From: Phycisphaerales bacterium
GTDB taxonomy: Bacteria > Planctomycetota > Phycisphaerae > Phycisphaerales > UBA1924
Reading direction: 5' to 3'
Length of the DNA: 64,000 bases
Assembly: GCA_044223975.1 (NCBI GenBank)
Contig: JBGALI010000012.1
Location: 38,422-102,421, forward strand
Part shown: one piece after another, positions 60,568 to 64,000 of the stretch
How the letters are laid out: each line of letters opens with the position of its first letter
Numbering within the stretch: position 1 is the stretch's first letter
Notes under the pieces: generated by a model
The model's input: only the letters and a program-made list of their open reading frames with translations
What the model was told of the DNA's origin: nothing
Database searches by the model: none
Program-made: the position numbers and the translations under genes

Positions 60568-61616
60568 ACCTGCGATCCGTACTCGTCAGCGCCCGCGAGC
60601 ACCGCGCCAGCGACGCCCACCTGCTGGTCGGCCTTCCCCCGATGTTCCGGCTCGGCGGCGAGATCGTCGCCAGCCGCGGGAGGCCCATGTCGAGTGAGGA
60701 CATCACCACGATGCTCAGCGATTGCCTGAACGCCGAGCAGCGCGAGCGTCTGGATCGCGAGTGGCAGTTGTGTGTCTCGGTGGTCTACCCCGACGTCGGG
60801 CGGGCGCGGGTCACCGTCTACCGACGCAACGGCCTGTGCGAGGTCAGCGTCCGCATGAGCGAGCCGGCCATCCGCACGCGGGCCGAACTGCGCCTGCCGT
60901 CGATCGTCGATGATCTGGCGCGGAGGCTCGACGGACTGGTCATCCTCACCGGCCCGACGGGCGTCGGCAAGACCACCACGCTGCACTACATGATCGACCT
61001 GATCAACGCGGAGCGCGCCTGCAAGGTCGTGACGATCGAGGACCCCATCGAATACGTTCACGCGTTCAAGCGGTCCATCATCGTGCAGCAGGAGGTGCTG
61101 ACCGACGTCCGCGACTTCACATCCGCGCTCCGACACGTGCTGCGGCAGGACCCGGACGTGGTGGCCATCGGGGAGATGCGCGACCGTGAGACCATTTACA
61201 CAGCGCTCCAAGCCGCGGAGACGGGGCACCTGGTGATCGCGACACTGCACACGCCCGGCGCGGTGGATGTGGTGCAGCGCCTGGTCTCGGCCTTTCCCGA
61301 GGGCCAGCAGGCCGAGATCCGGTTCATGCTTGCCAACAGTCTGCAAGGGGTGATCGCGCAGTCGCTGCTCCCCCGCGCGGCCTCCAAGGGCCTGGCCCTG
61401 TGCACCGAGGCGCTCATCGGCACGCAGGCCGTGCGCAACCACATCCGCGAGAACACGGCGCACCAGCTGTACAGCGAGATGCAGTCCGGCCGCCGGCACG
61501 GCATGTTCACGATGGACGCGTCGCTGCTCGAGCTGTACCAGCAGGGCGAGATCACGTACGACACCGCGCTGGCGTCGTCCAAGCACCCGGACAACCTGCG
61601 CAAGCGTGCGTCATAG
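60564..61616 (+). CDS. pilT: PilT-family (type IV pilus retraction-type) hexameric ATPase
   Basis: Walker A GPTGVGKTT, Asp box VTIEDPIEY, Walker B and His box (VIATLHT) in PilT order. ~350 aa, typical of PilT/PilU rather than PilB. Confidence 0.8.
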   Translation: MNLRSVLVSAREHRASDAHLLVGLPPMFRLGGEIVASRGRPMSSEDITTMLSDCLNAEQRERLDREWQLCVSVVYPDVGRARVTVYRRNGLCEVSVRMSEPAIRTRAELRLPSIVDDLARRLDGLVILTGPTGVGKTTTLHYMIDLINAERACKVVTIEDPIEYVHAFKRSIIVQQEVLTDVRDFTSALRHVLRQDPDVVAIGEMRDRETIYTALQAAETGHLVIATLHTPGAVDVVQRLVSAFPEGQQAEIRFMLANSLQGVIAQSLLPRAASKGLALCTEALIGTQAVRNHIRENTAHQLYSEMQSGRRHGMFTMDASLLELYQQGEITYDTALASSKHPDNLRKRAS

Positions 61617-61783
61617 CGGCCGCCAGGAACATCAGAACCGCGGGGCGTGCCCGCGTCCGCACGTGAAGCCGGGGGCACTCGGCGCACACCGACAGCGCGG
61701 TGCGCCGCGACACTTTCTTGCTCGCAGCGCACCGCGCCGGGTGCGATCGTCCGGATCACGCGCGATCCCGAACCGCGCCGTCT

Positions 61784-62380
61784 TCAGTTCGCGGCGCCGA
61801 CGAAATCCACCTCGTCTCCGGCGGCGTCAACCACCACCCCGGCCCACTCGGTCACGGTGCCCGACGCGTTGAACTTGCAGCCGTACAGCCCGGCCGCGGC
61901 GGCGTTGCACTCGGAGGCGTCGAAATACGCCGCGTAGAAGCCCGAGCCCGCGGCCCTGCCGCGCGAATTGCCCGCGCCGTTGACGCCCGCGAGGAGTTGA
62001 ACGACCGCGACGCCGCCGTTGGCGCACGGGGCGTCGGTCTCGCTGTACGCGAAGAGGACCTTGTCCTCGTCGTCCCACAGCATCTCGGTCCGTTCCAGCG
62101 TGCCGTCCCCGTCGATGTCGATCTCTTCAACCCAGTAACTGTCCGTATCGGTGGGCGAGTTGCCGGTGTTGATCGCGGCGCTGCCCTTGCCGATCGACGT
62201 CGCCTTGGTCGCGCTGGGCGGCGGCGGCGCCTTGGCCCGAGCCTGGAGCGCCGTGGGGGACACGTTCAGGGCGGGGGCAGCGCCCGCGGATGTCTTTGAA
62301 CTTGAGTTGCACGCCGCGAGCGAACCGGCGAGCAGCACGGACAGGGCGACGCGGGTGTACACGATCGAACGAGACTGCAT
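61784..62380 (-). CDS. Hypothetical lipoprotein
   Basis: Signal peptide with lipobox (VALSVLLAGSLAAC). Ser/Thr/Ala-rich linker, Asp-rich segment (EEIDIDGDGTLE). Confidence 0.45.
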   Translation of the reverse strand: MQSRSIVYTRVALSVLLAGSLAACNSSSKTSAGAAPALNVSPTALQARAKAPPPPSATKATSIGKGSAAINTGNSPTDTDSYWVEEIDIDGDGTLERTEMLWDDEDKVLFAYSETDAPCANGGVAVVQLLAGVNGAGNSRGRAAGSGFYAAYFDASECNAAAAGLYGCKFNASGTVTEWAGVVVDAAGDEVDFVGAAN

Positions 62381-62976
62381 GATGTGAACTCCATTGGGAC
62401 TACGACGCAAATGAATCGGTAACAGCGGCAACTCGAAGGATGGTCCGGCGAGCTACTCGCACCGCCGAACACCCTTCGTTCACCGCACCTTCCTCCCGGC
62501 GCCGCCATGTGAACGCAAAGACCGGGCGATGTCAAACGAGCACAATCGCGAGCGCAACCACGTCGGGGGTTGCGCCCGGGCGTTGTGGAAAGCATGACGG
62601 GCAGAACCGCCCGACCGTTCCACCGCGCAAAATCGGCCCGAACACTTTGGGTGCGATCCTCCATCCTCTGACGCTTCGGTCGAGCCACGGATCCGCTGCA
62701 ACTCGTGTTCGCCATGGCACTTGCCCGTCAACGCCGCGGTATGACGCGTTCGTGGGCAGGGGCAGGAAGCGGAACGCAGGATTCCGGGGGCTCGGTGCAA
62801 GGTCCGTGTGGTCTACGGCAAATCTTGATACGTGCCATCGTCGGCATCCGGCGACCGAGGCAATCGGGCTGATCAATGAGTGCGGGTGTCCAGCGTGCGT
62901 CGCCCGCACCAATAGGTTAACGGGGGTCACTCACCCCGCCGCGGACCAATCTCCACGGCGGGGCTTTGGAAAAAGG

Positions 62977-64000
62977 TCACGGCAATCCGGGGTGCACCGC
63001 GCCCTGCCTGATCTCGGTGCGGTAACCGGCCGCCGCGGCCGCGTCTCCCTGCCGCTCGCACGCGTCCGCCAGGTCCGCCGCGCACACGCGCCACCAGGGG
63101 AACGCGGATCCCATGTACTTGAACTGGTCCCGCCACGCCGTTTCCAGCAACGGCCTCGCCTCCTCGTACCGACCCCGAGAAAGCAGGACGTGGCCGCGCA
63201 TGAATCGATTGTGAGCGAGCTGATCCAAGGGGGTCGCGGGAAGGGTCTCGGCCAGGTCAAGAGCGTGGGCCGAGGCCTTCTCCGCGGCATCGAGTTCCCC
63301 AATGTCGGCGAGGCAGAACGCCAGCGTATTTTCGGCCAGCGCGAACGAGCGGTGCTCCGCGCCGACCGACCCGGCGATCTCGTCCATGGCCCGGCGAAGC
63401 ACGGGGATTCCTTCCACGGGGCGCCCCCCCATCGCGTAGTACCAGCCAAGACGGCGGCGGCTGTTGGCGGCCAGGAGCATGTCGCGTGCGCCGTCGGGCA
63501 CCGCGTCCCAGATCTCGCACGCACGGGCACCGAGTTGCACCGCGCGGTCCATGCTTCCCGCGTATGCCAGCACCGTCGCCGCCTGCTCGATGTAGAGCAG
63601 GACCGAGAGATCGTTCTTGCCAAAGCGGAGCTCGAGAATCTCCGCCGCGCGTAGAGCCGCCTCGATCCTCAGGGTCAGGAGTCCCTCGCACTCGGCAGAC
63701 CGGAGCTGCGCCGTGAGCACCCCGACCTGGGCCGGGTCGTTGGGAGGAAGCAGGATCTCCTGGAGGCGCAGGAGCCGGCCGAGCGCATCGGAGCGGCCGG
63801 TGGTGTAGAAGTGTCGCCCGTCACTGCGGTCCGGCTCGGTAAGGAGCACCGCGTCGCGACGCACCGCCGCCGCAAGCTCAGGACCCGCGGAACGCCAGGC
63901 GTTCGACAGGCATTGTGCAAAGGCTCCCGTCGGGAGTCGCTCGGCAAGGTCCGCCCCGTCGTTCAGCGAGGCCACCAACTCCGGGTCCTCGGGGGGGAGG
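62977..64000 (-). CDS. TPR-like repeat protein, N-terminus beyond the window end
   Basis: Coherent helical-repeat sequence on the minus strand running to the window edge. The overlapping plus-strand ORF is low-complexity. Confidence 0.5.
   Translation of the reverse strand, partial: LPPEDPELVASLNDGADLAERLPTGAFAQCLSNAWRSAGPELAAAVRRDAVLLTEPDRSDGRHFYTTGRSDALGRLLRLQEILLPPNDPAQVGVLTAQLRSAECEGLLTLRIEAALRAAEILELRFGKNDLSVLLYIEQAATVLAYAGSMDRAVQLGARACEIWDAVPDGARDMLLAANSRRRLGWYYAMGGRPVEGIPVLRRAMDEIAGSVGAEHRSFALAENTLAFCLADIGELDAAEKASAHALDLAETLPATPLDQLAHNRFMRGHVLLSRGRYEEARPLLETAWRDQFKYMGSAFPWWRVCAADLADACERQGDAAAAAGYRTEIRQGAVHPGLP

Noticed and set aside
61616-61700. CGCGGG-GCGTG-CCCGCG hairpin after pilT, considered as a terminator
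   Set aside because: A short stem and no T-run make it a weak candidate.

Overview
This is a high-GC (roughly 68-70%, judged by eye) bacterial chromosomal segment. RND efflux pumps and lipoprotein signal peptides point to a Gram-negative-type envelope. The type III glutamine synthetase, the HAF/dockerin-like secreted repeat protein and the overall style suggest Planctomycetota or Gemmatimonadota, but this is only a guess.

Layout from 5' to 3':
1) 1-8976: a formate/C1 block. fhs (5'-truncated at the window edge), a CMD-family gene, moeA, mobA and fdhD, then convergent genes for an NAD-dependent formate dehydrogenase alpha subunit and a fused NuoE/NuoF-like beta subunit.
2) 9241-9313: tRNA-Phe(GAA) on the minus strand, followed by an orphan Dpp/Opp-type ABC ATPase and a convergent CPA2 cation/H+ antiporter.
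3) 11794-16535: an MIO-type ammonia-lyase, an orphan trpA (GTG start overlapping the lyase stop) and glnN (GSIII) with a clear rho-independent terminator.
4) 16684-21639: a TetR / membrane-fusion protein (MFP) / RND efflux operon.
5) 22464-30423: an ~8 kb integrated element split across a tRNA-Met(CAT) gene. A 38-nt direct repeat of the tRNA 5' half bounds it. Its gene content matches the int/alpA/primase-ori architecture of Gram-negative PICI-like phage satellites.
6) 30459-49647: a second, apparently decayed island ending at a 35-nt copy of the tRNA-Met 3' end. It carries a flotillin-like SPFH protein, an integrase remnant, an HAF-repeat/dockerin-like secreted protein, a dense two-component / c-di-GMP module (REC-HDOD, hybrid kinase-Hpt-RR(HD-GYP), PAS hybrid kinase, PilZ), an SDR and a PAP2 phosphatase.
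7) 49705-54804: a MarR / MFP / RND efflux operon.
8) 55353-61616: a tightly coupled eight-gene operon (mostly ATGA start/stop overlaps) encoding a PflX-like radical SAM enzyme, a 71-aa protein, an AAA+ ATPase, a DUF1257(Ycf35)-like protein, a DUF2997-like protein, a zinc-ribbon membrane protein with a degenerate signal-peptidase-like domain, a TPR protein and a solo PilT ATPase. This is the best candidate for an undescribed system; the satellite-like island is the second.

Limits: coordinates are read by hand from the ORF track and may be off by a few nt. Many long antisense ORFs in the track are high-GC artefacts and are rejected below.
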